Program-made: the position numbers and the translations under genes
NCBI GenBank assembly: GCA_964457525.1
Contig: CAYWGS010000012.1
Coordinates: 9,634 to 26,393, forward strand
Origin: an uncultured Erysipelotrichaceae bacterium
Lineage (GTDB): Bacteria; Bacillota_I; Bacilli_A; Erysipelotrichales; Erysipelotrichaceae
Length of the DNA stretch: 16,760 nucleotides
Direction of reading: 5' to 3'
The notes under the pieces: model-generated
What the model was told of the DNA's origin: nothing
The model's database searches: none
What the model saw: only the letters and a program-made list of their open reading frames with translations
In this document: in pieces, positions 1 through 9,146 of the stretch
How positions within the stretch are numbered: position 1 is the first letter of the stretch
Layout of the letters: each line of letters begins with the position of its first letter

Positions 1-932
<932 letters not shown>

Positions 933-3900
933 CTATTCTTCTTCGCCAAGATCTTCGTAATCATCGGCTCCGACGATCGCGGCCTCAGCGATAAATTCAT
1001 CATCATTTTGTAGATCCGCAACCGCTTCAAACTCTTCATCAAGATTGACCGCAACCGCATCTTCTACTTCTATTTTCTTCATACCAACTTCATCGCCTTG
1101 TTCATCAAGAAGACGTACATCGATACCTAATGCATTTAATTCATGTTTAAGAACTCTGAATGATTCAGGTACTCCAGGTTCTGGAATATCTTTACCCTTA
1201 ATGATGGCTTCATAGGTTTTTGTACGACCCATGATATCATCGGATTTGATCGTTAAGATTTCTTGTAATGTATGCGCAGCACCATAAGCTTCAAGCGCCC
1301 AAACTTCCATTTCCCCGAAACGTTGACCACCGTTTTGTGCTTTACCACCTAAAGGTTGTTGAGTTACAAGAGAATAAGGACCTGTTGCACGAGCATGTAA
1401 TTTATCGTCAACCATGTGGGCTAACTTAATCATGTACATGACACCAACAGAAATACGTTCATCAAATGGTTCACCGGTACGACCATCATATAGAGTTGTC
1501 TTACCGTCTTCACTCATTTCAGCTTCACGTAGAATATCCTTTAAGTCTTCATTGTTAATACCATCAAAGACTGGAGTCGCAAATTTAACGCCTAATTTTT
1601 CAGCCGCTAAACCTAAGTGAATTTCAAGTACTTGTCCGATGTTCATACGAGATGGAACGCCGAATGGGTTTAACATGATATCAACTTGTGATCCATCCGG
1701 TAGGAATGGCATATCTTCCACTGGTAAAATCTTAGAGATAACCCCTTTATTACCGTGACGTCCAGCCATCTTATCCCCTTCAGAGATCTTACGTTTTTGA
1801 ACGATATAAACTTTAACTACTTCATTGACTCCAGGAGGTAAATCATGTCCTTCTGAACGTTTGAAAATTCGAACAGATTGAACAATACCACTACCACCAT
1901 GAGGAACTTTAAGTGAGTTATCACGAACTTCACGTGACTTATCACCGAAGATTGCTAATAATAATTTTTCTTCTGGAGAGATTTCGCTTTGTCCTTTAGG
2001 TGTTACTTTACCGACAAGGATATCGCCTTCTTTAACTTCTGCCCCAATCATAACAATACCGCGTGCATCTAAATGACGGCATGCGTCTTGAGAAACGTTC
2101 GGAATATCACGAGTGATTTCTTCTGCCCCTAATTTAGTTTCACGAACTTCGATATCGTATTCTTCAATATGAATTGAAGTATAAACGTCTTCCTTAACTA
2201 AGCGTTCTGACATGATGACCGCATCTTCATAGTTGTAGCCATACCAAGTCATAAATGCAATTTTAACGTTTTGACCTAACGCCAATTCACCATTTTGCAT
2301 CGCAGGTCCATCTGCTAAGACATCCCCACGTTCAACCATTTCACCCTTTCTAACAAGAGGTTTTTGGTTGATACATGTTCCTTGGTTAGAACGTTTGAAT
2401 TTTTGTAATGCATATACTTTTTCACCTAGATCACCCATCGTCACAATCTTATTCGCATCAACATATGTAACGATACCTTGTTGAGTTGCGATAACTGCTG
2501 AACCTGAGTCAGATGCGATACGGTGTTCAATACCTGTCCCAACATTTGGAGAAACAGGACGTAATAGAGGAATCGCTTGACGTTGCATGTTCGCACCCAT
2601 TAGAGCACGAGACGCATCATCGTTTTCTAAGTAAGGAATACATGCAGTCGCAACAGAAACAATTTGCTTAGGTGAAACGTCCGCTAGTTCAACCATTTCA
2701 CGCTTCGCAAGAATGTGGTCTCCCTTATAACGTACGACAACTTCATCATGAGCTAATCTTCCATCAATAACTTCATTCGCTTGAGCGATGTAGTAATCCA
2801 TTTCATCATCCGATGATAAGTAAACTACTTTTTCATCAACACTTCCATCTTTATTAACGATACGGTACGGTGTTTGGATAAATCCATATTCATTGACACG
2901 TCCATAAGAAGTTAAGTTAGAGATTAACCCGATGTTTGGACCTTCAGGGGTTTCAATCGGACAAATACGGCCATAGTGAGAAGCATGTACGTCACGCACT
3001 TCAAAGCCTGCACGTTCACGTGTAAGACCACCAGGTCCTAAAGCAGAAATACGACGTTTATTGGTTAATTCAGCCAATGGATTTGTTTGATCCATAAATT
3101 GAGATAATTGAGAAGATGAGAAGAATTCTTTAATCGCAGCTGTTAATGGACGAATATTAGTCAAGTTCTTAGGTGTTAAGTTTGTATTGTCAGTAATAGA
3201 CATTCTTTCCTTAACCACTCTTTCCATACGAGATAAACCGATACGGAATTGATTTTGAATAAGTTCACCAACGGTACGAATACGACGGTTACCTAATTGG
3301 TCAATATCATCTGTTTCACCCACACCATCATTTAGATTGAGTAGGTAATCAAAGGATGAAATCATGTCACTCATTGTGACTGTTTTCTTAGTCATTAATG
3401 GATCTGTACCAATTACTTTAACGATTTCAGTACTTTCCTTCGCATAACATAAGACTTGTTGAACGGCAGCCCCAATCAACCAAGCTTCGATACCATTGTT
3501 TGTACCCACTAAGTTAACTAATGCTTGTTCTTGATCGGATTTTAGTTTTGCAACAGCTTCACTCGGTAAGTAACGATCAACCAATAGTTCTTGGTTACTT
3601 AACAATACGTCTTGATCTTTAGCCGTAATACGACCTAATACGAAGAAACGTTGACCATAGTTTAAGACCGCACGAACATTGTTCTTATCTAAGACAACTC
3701 TACGAGCAATGATTCCACCATAGATTTCAATGTTTTCGTAAACAGATGCTAAAGCTTCGACATCATTGGATGTTAAAACTAAACCTTTATCATAAGTTTG
3801 ACCATTGACTTCACATTCAATCGCTAAAACACGACCGATTAATGCGAATGGATAAGCTGTACTTACTTTTACATTTTCAGGATAAGAGAATAAAGGATTA

Positions 3901-5114
3901 AATGGGAATGCTTCCATATAATGGCCTTGATTCATAATTTCATTCAAGATTGCTTTTTCATCACGTTCAATCTTAGTGCCTTTCGCAATTACGACTTGGC
4001 CCTTTGAGTTAACGATATCTTGAGCAACAATGTTATTGATTAAACGATTAGTAACACCTAACTTCTTACCTAATTTAAAGCGACCAGCTTTAGTTAAGTC
4101 ATAACGACGTACATCAAAGAATTTTGCACGCATTAAGTTAATCGCACCTTCTTCAGTTGCGATTTCATCTGAACGTTGGTTGTTATAGATTTCGTATAAT
4201 GCTTCTTTTGTTGTTTTGATCTTGTCAGAGACTAAAGTATTAACCACTTCAGGATACTGACCAAAGAAAGCTGTATAGAGTAAAATATAGAGATTTAAGA
4301 ATTCTCTTGGCTCTACTTCCATTTCAATTTCATTAACAGGAAGTTTTAATGCTTGTAAGAATACTTTGAATGCAGACGTATCAAAAGCATCTTCACCACG
4401 TTCCATATCTAAAGAGAAACCAATCGCTTTAAATAGGATGGAAGATAAAATTTTACGTTTACGATCAATACTTACATTAAAGTGGAAGTCTGATGTATTT
4501 TGTCCCACATTATCGCCAGAATAGCTCGCTTGTGGATTGTTTGCTTTTTTATAAGCCGTCATAAACTCAAGCCATGTTCCACGGCTTGGGATAAGTTCGC
4601 TCTTATATACTTCGTTCAAGCTTGCTTCTTTATCCTTCATATAGAAAGAATCATAGTAAGCTCCAGGGGAACGAACGATCTGTGAAACGATGACACGTTC
4701 AGCACCGTTAATTACGAAAGTTCCTGTATCAGTCATCAATGGGAATTCACCCAAGAAGACTTCTTCATGACGTTCAGTAATTTCACCCGTTGTTGGGTTA
4801 GTTATTTCTAACATCATCGTCGCTTTTAATGGCGCCGCATAGTTAGCCTCACGTTCCTTACATTCACTGACGGAATACTTTGGTTCTTGAAATTCATAGT
4901 TTAAGAAGTTTAAACGAATGTTTCCTGTATAGTTGGTTACAGGATAAATTTCTTCAAATACTTCACGAATACCCTCACGTTTAAACCAATCAAAAGAATC
5001 GGTTTGAATTTCAACTAAGTTAGGTAATTCTAAGCTTCCACTAACTTTTGAGTAATCGCGGCGTTTAGCTTTTTTACCGAATTCTACAACACGGTAATTC
5101 TGTTTTTTCTCCAT
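933..5114 (-). CDS. rpoB: DNA-directed RNA polymerase subunit beta (1393 aa from the re-called start)
   Basis: ORF-track frame 933..5174. I place the start at ATG 5114 ([15 protein letters not shown]...), preceded by GAAAGGAAGG SD. The 20 extra upstream codons have no SD. Conserved blocks: [70 protein letters not shown]. Acidic C-terminal tail. Confidence 0.97.
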   Translation of the reverse strand: MEKKQNYRVVEFGKKAKRRDYSKVSGSLELPNLVEIQTDSFDWFKREGIREVFEEIYPVTNYTGNIRLNFLNYEFQEPKYSVSECKEREANYAAPLKATMMLEITNPTTGEITERHEEVFLGEFPLMTDTGTFVINGAERVIVSQIVRSPGAYYDSFYMKDKEASLNEVYKSELIPSRGTWLEFMTAYKKANNPQASYSGDNVGQNTSDFHFNVSIDRKRKILSSILFKAIGFSLDMERGEDAFDTSAFKVFLQALKLPVNEIEMEVEPREFLNLYILLYTAFFGQYPEVVNTLVSDKIKTTKEALYEIYNNQRSDEIATEEGAINLMRAKFFDVRRYDLTKAGRFKLGKKLGVTNRLINNIVAQDIVNSKGQVVIAKGTKIERDEKAILNEIMNQGHYMEAFPFNPLFSYPENVKVSTAYPFALIGRVLAIECEVNGQTYDKGLVLTSNDVEALASVYENIEIYGGIIARRVVLDKNNVRAVLNYGQRFFVLGRITAKDQDVLLSNQELLVDRYLPSEAVAKLKSDQEQALVNLVGTNNGIEAWLIGAAVQQVLCYAKESTEIVKVIGTDPLMTKKTVTMSDMISSFDYLLNLNDGVGETDDIDQLGNRRIRTVGELIQNQFRIGLSRMERVVKERMSITDNTNLTPKNLTNIRPLTAAIKEFFSSSQLSQFMDQTNPLAELTNKRRISALGPGGLTRERAGFEVRDVHASHYGRICPIETPEGPNIGLISNLTSYGRVNEYGFIQTPYRIVNKDGSVDEKVVYLSSDDEMDYYIAQANEVIDGRLAHDEVVVRYKGDHILAKREMVELADVSPKQIVSVATACIPYLENDDASRALMGANMQRQAIPLLRPVSPNVGTGIEHRIASDSGSAVIATQQGIVTYVDANKIVTMGDLGEKVYALQKFKRSNQGTCINQKPLVRKGEMVERGDVLADGPAMQNGELALGQNVKIAFMTWYGYNYEDAVIMSERLVKEDVYTSIHIEEYDIEVRETKLGAEEITRDIPNVSQDACRHLDARGIVMIGAEVKEGDILVGKVTPKGQSEISPEEKLLLAIFGDKSREVRDNSLKVPHGGSGIVQSVRIFKRSEGHDLPPGVNEVVKVYIVQKRKISEGDKMAGRHGNKGVISKILPVEDMPFLPDGSQVDIMLNPFGVPSRMNIGQVLEIHLGLAAEKLGVKFATPVFDGINNEDLKDILREAEMSEDGKTTLYDGRTGEPFDERISVGVMYMIKLAHMVDDKLHARATGPYSLVTQQPLGGKAQNGGQRFGEMEVWALEAYGAAHTLQEILTIKSDDIMGRTKTYEAIIKGKDIPEPGVPESFRVLKHELNALGIDVRLLDEQGDEVGMKKIEVEDAVAVNLDEEFEAVADLQNDDEFIAEAAIVGADDYEDLGEEE

Positions 5115-5215
5115 ATACGCCTTCCTTTCATATATAAATGACACAAAAATGGGCACTCTTTCCCATCGTATCATTTAACATTTATGCAATTTATAATACT
5201 ACCAAAATGGTGGTA

Positions 5216-5815
5216 TTATGTCAATGGATTTTGAGCAAGTAATATTTCAAATCCTTTTTTGAGATCAATACGTTGCACAACCATAAAACGCTCTTGTAAC
5301 GCTTTGAATGCAGAAGCTGCACCTTGTTGACGACGAATGACCACAAATAATTGACCATCCTGATTTAAATGTGTCTGAGCATAGTCGAAGAATCCATAGA
5401 CGACTTTCTTCCCTGCTCGAATTGGCGGGTTTGTAACAATACAATCAAATTGATTATCATAACCCGATAAGATATCTTGATTAATGAACTTGATATCAAG
5501 ATTCATTTTCTGTGCACTTTCTTTAGCACAAGCAATCGCTCTTTCATTAACATCCATTCCAGTCACATCAATATCTTTGATTTGATGTTTAAGAAGAATT
5601 GATATTAATCCATAGCCACAACCCATATCCAGTACTTTTCCATGAACAGAATAATTTAATACATTCTCGACAAGCAACAACGATCCATCATCTGGCTTGG
5701 TTTTCGAGAATACACCTGCATCTACTTGCAAAGTGTAATAAATGCCCAAAAACCGGAAAGTTATTTCCTTCCGGTTATGGGGTAAATTTTCAGAGTTTTT
5801 AAAGTAATGTGTCAA
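5216..5815 (-). CDS. Class I SAM-dependent methyltransferase, RsmC/YbxB-like (probable rRNA guanine-N2 methyltransferase)
   Basis: 199 aa with TTG start. SAM motif VLDMGCGYG and NPP motif VTNPPIRAG. N-terminus (MTHYF...DAGVFSK) resembles B. subtilis YbxB from memory, and it occupies the same rplL-rpoB position as ybxB. G-rich SD (AAGGGGGGG) upstream. Confidence 0.8.
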   Translation of the reverse strand: MTHYFKNSENLPHNRKEITFRFLGIYYTLQVDAGVFSKTKPDDGSLLLVENVLNYSVHGKVLDMGCGYGLISILLKHQIKDIDVTGMDVNERAIACAKESAQKMNLDIKFINQDILSGYDNQFDCIVTNPPIRAGKKVVYGFFDYAQTHLNQDGQLFVVIRRQQGAASAFKALQERFMVVQRIDLKKGFEILLAQNPLT

Positions 5816-5856
5816 ACTGACCCCCCCTTCACAACACTAAGTGTTTGTGAAAAGGA

Positions 5857-6228
5857 TTACTTAATTTCTACAGTTGCGCCAGCTTCTTCTAATTTCTTCT
5901 TAACTTCAGCAGCTACTTCTTCGGAAACTTTTTCCTTGATAGCTTTTGGAGCAGCATCAACGATAGCCTTAGCTTCAACTAAGCCTAAACCTGTTAATTC
6001 GCGTACAACTTTGATAACGCCAACTTTGCTTGCGCCAACTTCTTTTAAGATTACATCAACTTCAACTGGTCCAGCTGGAGCTGCTTCTTCAACTACTGCT
6101 GCTGCAGCTACTGGAGCCGCTGCGGATACACCGAATTCTTCTTCGATTGCTTTTACTAAATCATTTAATTCTAGGATTGTCATTTCCTTTAGGGAAGCAA
6201 TCACATCTTGAGCATTTAATTTTGCCAT
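5857..6228 (-). CDS. rplL: 50S ribosomal protein L7/L12
   Basis: [34 protein letters not shown]..., Ala-rich hinge, C-terminal ...[15 protein letters not shown] prefer the second ATG (6228): GGAG is 9 nt upstream of it but only 3 nt from the track start at 6234. Confidence 0.93.
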   Translation of the reverse strand: MAKLNAQDVIASLKEMTILELNDLVKAIEEEFGVSAAAPVAAAAVVEEAAPAGPVEVDVILKEVGASKVGVIKVVRELTGLGLVEAKAIVDAAPKAIKEKVSEEVAAEVKKKLEEAGATVEIK

Positions 6229-6247
6229 GTTCATTTTCTCCTTTTAA

Positions 6248-6739
6248 TTACGCTTGTTTTTGTTCAGCTACTTGTGAAATCGCATAAGCGAATTTACGAA
6301 CTGGGGATTGTAACATACCCAAGATCATAGAAATCATACCTTCGCGACCTGGTAAGCTTGCGAGTGTCTTGATCGTTGCTACATCAACAACTTTACCTTC
6401 AACAACTCCACCTTTTAAAACTAATAATTCATTTTTCTTAGCGAATTTCGCTAATACACGCGCTGGCGCTACTGCATCTTTACTAAACGCAAAGGCATTA
6501 GGCCCTTTTAGACTTTCTGCTAAATCAGAATAGCCGAGTTCATTTGCTGCACGTTCAACCATTGAATTCTTGTAGACTTTGAAGTCAATACCTTCCTTCA
6601 TTAATAAACGACGCAATTCGGTAACTTCTTTAACGGATAGCCCGCGATACTCGACGACGACTGCTGAAGAAGAAGATTCTAGTTTCTCTTTGACTTCATT
6701 AACAACCGTAACTTTACTGTCGATAATCGATTGGTTCAT
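6248..6739 (-). CDS. rplJ: 50S ribosomal protein L10
   Basis: MNQSIIDSKVTVVNEVKEKLESSSSAVVVEYRGLSVKEVTELRRLL.... ATG at 6739 lies 8 nt downstream of GGAGG (6748-6752). The track start at 6748 is a GTG inside the SD. Confidence 0.93.
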   Translation of the reverse strand: MNQSIIDSKVTVVNEVKEKLESSSSAVVVEYRGLSVKEVTELRRLLMKEGIDFKVYKNSMVERAANELGYSDLAESLKGPNAFAFSKDAVAPARVLAKFAKKNELLVLKGGVVEGKVVDVATIKTLASLPGREGMISMILGMLQSPVRKFAYAISQVAEQKQA

Positions 6740-6749
6740 CTGTTGCACC

Positions 6750-6879
6750 TCCTTGATTTACGCAATATCCCAAATAAATAAAACTCACACCTGACAGCGT
6801 GAGTAAAAAGATTTCTATCTTTTACACCTCGGCAACCTGATTAAGCACTAGGCCGTTGCTGTCTTTGGTCTATTGAACA
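6750..6879 (-). promoter_or_regulatory. rplJ 5' leader, candidate ribosomal protein L10 leader (L10(L12)4-responsive attenuator type)
   Basis: About 130-nt untranslated leader between a sigma-A-like promoter and the rplJ SD. Contains GCAAC...GTTGC pairing around GGCCTAGTGCTTAATCAGG and a terminator-like hairpin (next feature). Position and layout match the Firmicute L10 leader. No covariance-model search was run. Confidence 0.55.
6771..6804 (-). terminator. Leader attenuator/terminator hairpin upstream of rplJ
   Basis: Minus strand: ACTCACGC-TGTCAG-GTGTGAGT (8 bp including one G-U) followed by TTTTATTTATTT, about 20 nt before the rplJ SD. Confidence 0.55.
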
Positions 6880-6885
6880 GTCTTA

Positions 6886-6913
6886 ATTCTATCAAACTAA
6901 AATAATATGTCAA
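6886..6913 (-). promoter_or_regulatory. Sigma-A-type promoter for rplJ-rplL
   Basis: Minus strand: -35 TTGACA (6908-6913), 16-nt spacer, extended -10 TGATAGAAT (-10 hexamer 6886-6891). Confidence 0.6.
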
Positions 6914-6940
6914 GAAAAAACGTGTCATTAGACACGTTTA
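6914..6940 (-). terminator. Intrinsic terminator after rplA
   Basis: Minus strand: AAACGTGTC-TAAT-GACACGTTT followed by TTTC (run of six T). Begins 4 nt after the rplA TAA and abuts the rplJ -35 box. Confidence 0.7.
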
Positions 6941-6943
6941 TTT

Positions 6944-7633
6944 TTAGAATGTTGATACGTCTAATTTAATACCAGGACCCATTGTTGTGGATAATACGAC
7001 ATTCTTCATGTAGATGCCCTTAACAGCAGCAGGACGAGCACGTAATAATAGATCGTAGATTGTCTTCATGTTTTCTTGAAGTTGTTCATCAGTGAAGGAT
7101 AATTTTCCAACTAACACACCAATGTTACCTTCCTTGTCAACGCGGTATTCAACTTTACCTTTTTTGATATCGCTGATAGCCTTAGCAACATCCATCGTAA
7201 CTGTACCAGTCTTAGGGTTTGGCATTAAGCCCTTAGGACCTAAAATCTTACCTAATTTACCAAGTTCAGCCATCATGTCTGGTGTAGCAACGATAACATC
7301 AAAGTCAAACCAACCGCCTTTGATCTTTTCTAGGATTTCTTTGTTTCCAACGAAATCTGCTCCAGCATCAAGTGCTTCTTTTTCCTTAGGACCTTGAGTT
7401 ACAACTAATACGCGTTGTGAACGTCCAGTACCGTGAGGTAATACAACTGCACCACGGATTTGTTGATCCGCATGACGTGGATCTACGTTTAGACGGAAAG
7501 ACATTTCTACAGATGCATTAAATTTTGTGAAATCAGCTTTGCGAGCTAATGCAATCGCATCAGTCACAGAATACATAATATTACGGTCAACGAGTTGAGC
7601 TGCCGCAACGTATTTCTTACCTTGTTTTGCCAT
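6944..7633 (-). CDS. rplA: 50S ribosomal protein L1
   Basis: 229 aa, [17 protein letters not shown]...[13 protein letters not shown]...[28 protein letters not shown] upstream. Confidence 0.95.
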   Translation of the reverse strand: MAKQGKKYVAAAQLVDRNIMYSVTDAIALARKADFTKFNASVEMSFRLNVDPRHADQQIRGAVVLPHGTGRSQRVLVVTQGPKEKEALDAGADFVGNKEILEKIKGGWFDFDVIVATPDMMAELGKLGKILGPKGLMPNPKTGTVTMDVAKAISDIKKGKVEYRVDKEGNIGVLVGKLSFTDEQLQENMKTIYDLLLRARPAAVKGIYMKNVVLSTTMGPGIKLDVSTF

Positions 7634-7642
7634 GTTGACCTC

Positions 7643-8065
7643 CTATTTGTCGTAGCCTTCGATAACAATACCCATATTACGAGCAGTACCCGCAATAATA
7701 GCCATTGCACCCTCAACGTCATTTGCGTTAAGATCAGGCAATTTGTATTCAGCAATTTTTCTTAATTCTTCAACAGAGATTTTACCAACCTTGTTTACTT
7801 TTGAACTTCCTGAACCTTTTTCAACTTTAGCAGCCTTCTTTAATAAGTTAGCAGCTGGAGTTGTTTTTAAGACAAATGTAAATGATTTGTCTTCAAATGC
7901 TGTGATGATTACTGGAACAATATCCCCAGCACGATCACGTGTTGCGTCATTAAATGCTGCACAGAATTGTGGCATATTAACGCTAGCTGATGCCAAAGCT
8001 GGACCTGGGCGTGCTCCGCCAGCAGGGAATTGTAGCTTGACAACTTTTGCAATTTTCTTACTCAC
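7643..8065 (-). CDS. rplK: 50S ribosomal protein L11
   Basis: 140 aa with GTG start 8 nt after GGAGG (8074-8078). [20 protein letters not shown]...[19 protein letters not shown]...[13 protein letters not shown]...ARNMGI. The shortened N-terminal loop resembles mollicute-type L11 (from memory). Confidence 0.93.
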   Translation of the reverse strand: MSKKIAKVVKLQFPAGGARPGPALASASVNMPQFCAAFNDATRDRAGDIVPVIITAFEDKSFTFVLKTTPAANLLKKAAKVEKGSGSSKVNKVGKISVEELRKIAEYKLPDLNANDVEGAMAIIAGTARNMGIVIEGYDK

Positions 8066-8146
8066 TAGTCATTCCTCCTTTTTGAATGGTAGCCGCGGTT
8101 AAAGTGGATGATATTTCACCCTCCCACGGATTTGCCTTTTATAGGC
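8066..8146 (-). promoter_or_regulatory. rplK-rplA 5' leader (possible L1-binding autoregulatory site)
   Basis: About 80-nt leader after a consensus promoter. Contains GTGGGAGGGTGAAATATCATCCAC (GTGG/CCAC stem) and a CCGCGG palindrome. The L1-site assignment is inferred from position only. Confidence 0.3.
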
Positions 8147-8152
8147 CTACAT

Positions 8153-8181
8153 ATTATATGCTTTCAGTCTTTTGATGTCAA
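8153..8181 (-). promoter_or_regulatory. Consensus sigma-A promoter for rplK-rplA
   Basis: Minus strand: TTGACA (8176-8181), exactly 17 nt, TATAAT (8153-8158). Both hexamers are perfect consensus. The -35 starts 5 nt after the flavodoxin stop. Confidence 0.8.
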
Positions 8182-8185
8182 GAAT

Positions 8186-8665
8186 CTAATCAACTAACAC
8201 ATTTCCTAGCCATTCTTTGATGAATCTGTCCGCATCTTCAACTTTTGACCCTCTAATCGCTAATCCATCCTTCACTAAAGCACTTGGAACAACTTTCTTA
8301 ATATCATCTACACTGTTACTCAAAGCACTTCCCTCATGTGTACAAAATGGCAATATTGTTTTACCTTTAAAACCATAGTTTTCTAAGAAACTAAAAATAG
8401 CCATTGGGCAAGTATACCACCACATAGGATATCCAATCACGATCACATCATATTCATTAAAATTAGAAATTCGATTGATTAACTCAGGTCTAGTTTGCGC
8501 AATAAACTCTTTCTTTGCTTGATCAACCACTAGATTATATTTAACAGGATACTCATTCACTGTTTTAATTTCAAAAAGTTCCCCATTTACGATATGACTT
8601 ATCTTTTCCGCAACAATCCTTGTATTTCCAGAATGGCTAAAATACGTTACCAATATCTTACTCAT
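8186..8665 (-). CDS. Flavodoxin-family protein (short-chain, Flavodoxin_4-like)
   Basis: 159 aa, KILVTYFSHSGNTR (FMN phosphate-binding loop T/S-x-S-G-N-T), DVIVIGYPMWW, PFCTHEG. AAGGAGG SD upstream. Confidence 0.8.
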   Translation of the reverse strand: MSKILVTYFSHSGNTRIVAEKISHIVNGELFEIKTVNEYPVKYNLVVDQAKKEFIAQTRPELINRISNFNEYDVIVIGYPMWWYTCPMAIFSFLENYGFKGKTILPFCTHEGSALSNSVDDIKKVVPSALVKDGLAIRGSKVEDADRFIKEWLGNVLVD

Positions 8666-8736
8666 ATAGCCTCCTTATAAGCATTTAGAATATCTTATTC
8701 AAAGTCTACACCCTAGCGTTAAGTCCAAGTCAAGGT

Positions 8737-9108
8737 TTATTCAATATCTTTTAGTCTCAACATTGAATATGTTTCATCTAACGCAATGTTTCCATTCGCA
8801 ATTAATCGATGTTTATCTTGAGTATAGGCAAATAATATATCTCTATTGATATCTGGTTTTAAGGTTTTATTTGCTTTTGGATAAACCAACCAAATATTAG
8901 AACCTTTCTTACGTTTTTGTTTTAAACTCTCAATACAATTATCCACATCCTTCAACGCAAACACTAAGCCCATCACCACATCTGCATCATGATCAACCAT
9001 TTCAATCATTGATTGATTCTTCAGATAGTTCTCTAACACTCCATCTTTATCAACATAAGCTAATTTCATCCCTGATTTAATATGCATCTTCTTAAAAATA
9101 GCTTCCAT
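8737..9108 (-). CDS. Hypothetical protein, DUF3052-like
   Basis: 123 aa ORF. IWLVYPKANKTLKPDINRDILFAYTQDKHRLIANGNIALDETYSMLRLK resembles the DUF3052 pattern (..W..PK......D..RD.......GL.......DE.WS.LR) from memory. AGGTAA SD upstream. The family name is tentative. Confidence 0.6.
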   Translation of the reverse strand: MEAIFKKMHIKSGMKLAYVDKDGVLENYLKNQSMIEMVDHDADVVMGLVFALKDVDNCIESLKQKRKKGSNIWLVYPKANKTLKPDINRDILFAYTQDKHRLIANGNIALDETYSMLRLKDIE

Positions 9109-9118
9109 GGTTTTACCT

Positions 9119-9146
9119 ATAAAAAATATACCCTTTCGGGTATATT
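9119..9146 (-). terminator. Intrinsic terminator after nusG
   Basis: Minus strand: ATATACCC-GAAA-GGGTATAT followed by TTTTTAT. The 5' arm overlaps the nusG TAA. The U-tract ends only 10 nt before the next ATG. Confidence 0.65.

Noticed and set aside
1414-4685. Plus-strand ORFs 1414..1620 and 4500..4685 inside rpoB
   Set aside because: Antisense to a conserved rpoB frame, with no SD or motifs.
5115-5174. 20-codon N-terminal extension of rpoB in the ORF track ([20 protein letters not shown])
   Set aside because: No SD precedes it. ATG 5114 has a GAAAGGAAGG SD and gives the conserved RpoB N-terminus.
5807-6287. Long plus-strand ORFs (5807..6211, 134 aa; 6030..6287, 85 aa) antisense to rplL and the rplJ end
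   Set aside because: Low-complexity Ala/Ser/Thr/Leu-rich translations are the mirror image of the Ala/Glu/Val-rich L7/L12 codons. There is no SD, and they lie entirely inside a highly conserved gene on the other strand.
7092-8102. Plus-strand ORFs 7092..7397 (101 aa) and 7743..8102 (119 aa), and minus-strand ORF 7564..7755 (63 aa), overlapping rplA/rplK
   Set aside because: They are antisense or out of frame within ribosomal protein genes, with no SD and no recognisable motifs. Stop-poor alternate frames are typical of highly expressed genes.
8066-8185. 29-codon plus-strand ORF (ATGATATTTCACCCT...) in the rplK leader, and a 26-codon plus-strand ORF at about 11451-11531
   Set aside because: No usable SD spacing, antisense to leader or intergenic regions, and hydrophobic low-information peptides. 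There is no support beyond being open.
8666-8736. TTGAAT-N17-TATAAG promoter-like match upstream of the flavodoxin gene
   Set aside because: The -10 runs straight into the AAGGAGG SD, so a transcript from it would lack the SD. The alternative TTGACT-N17-TGTAGA has a poor -10. Neither is good enough to call.
8186-9146. Mobile-element or genomic-island origin for the DUF3052-like/flavodoxin insert
   Set aside because: No flanking direct or inverted repeats, integrase/transposase, or tRNA. By eye the composition is not distinct from neighbouring non-ribosomal genes.
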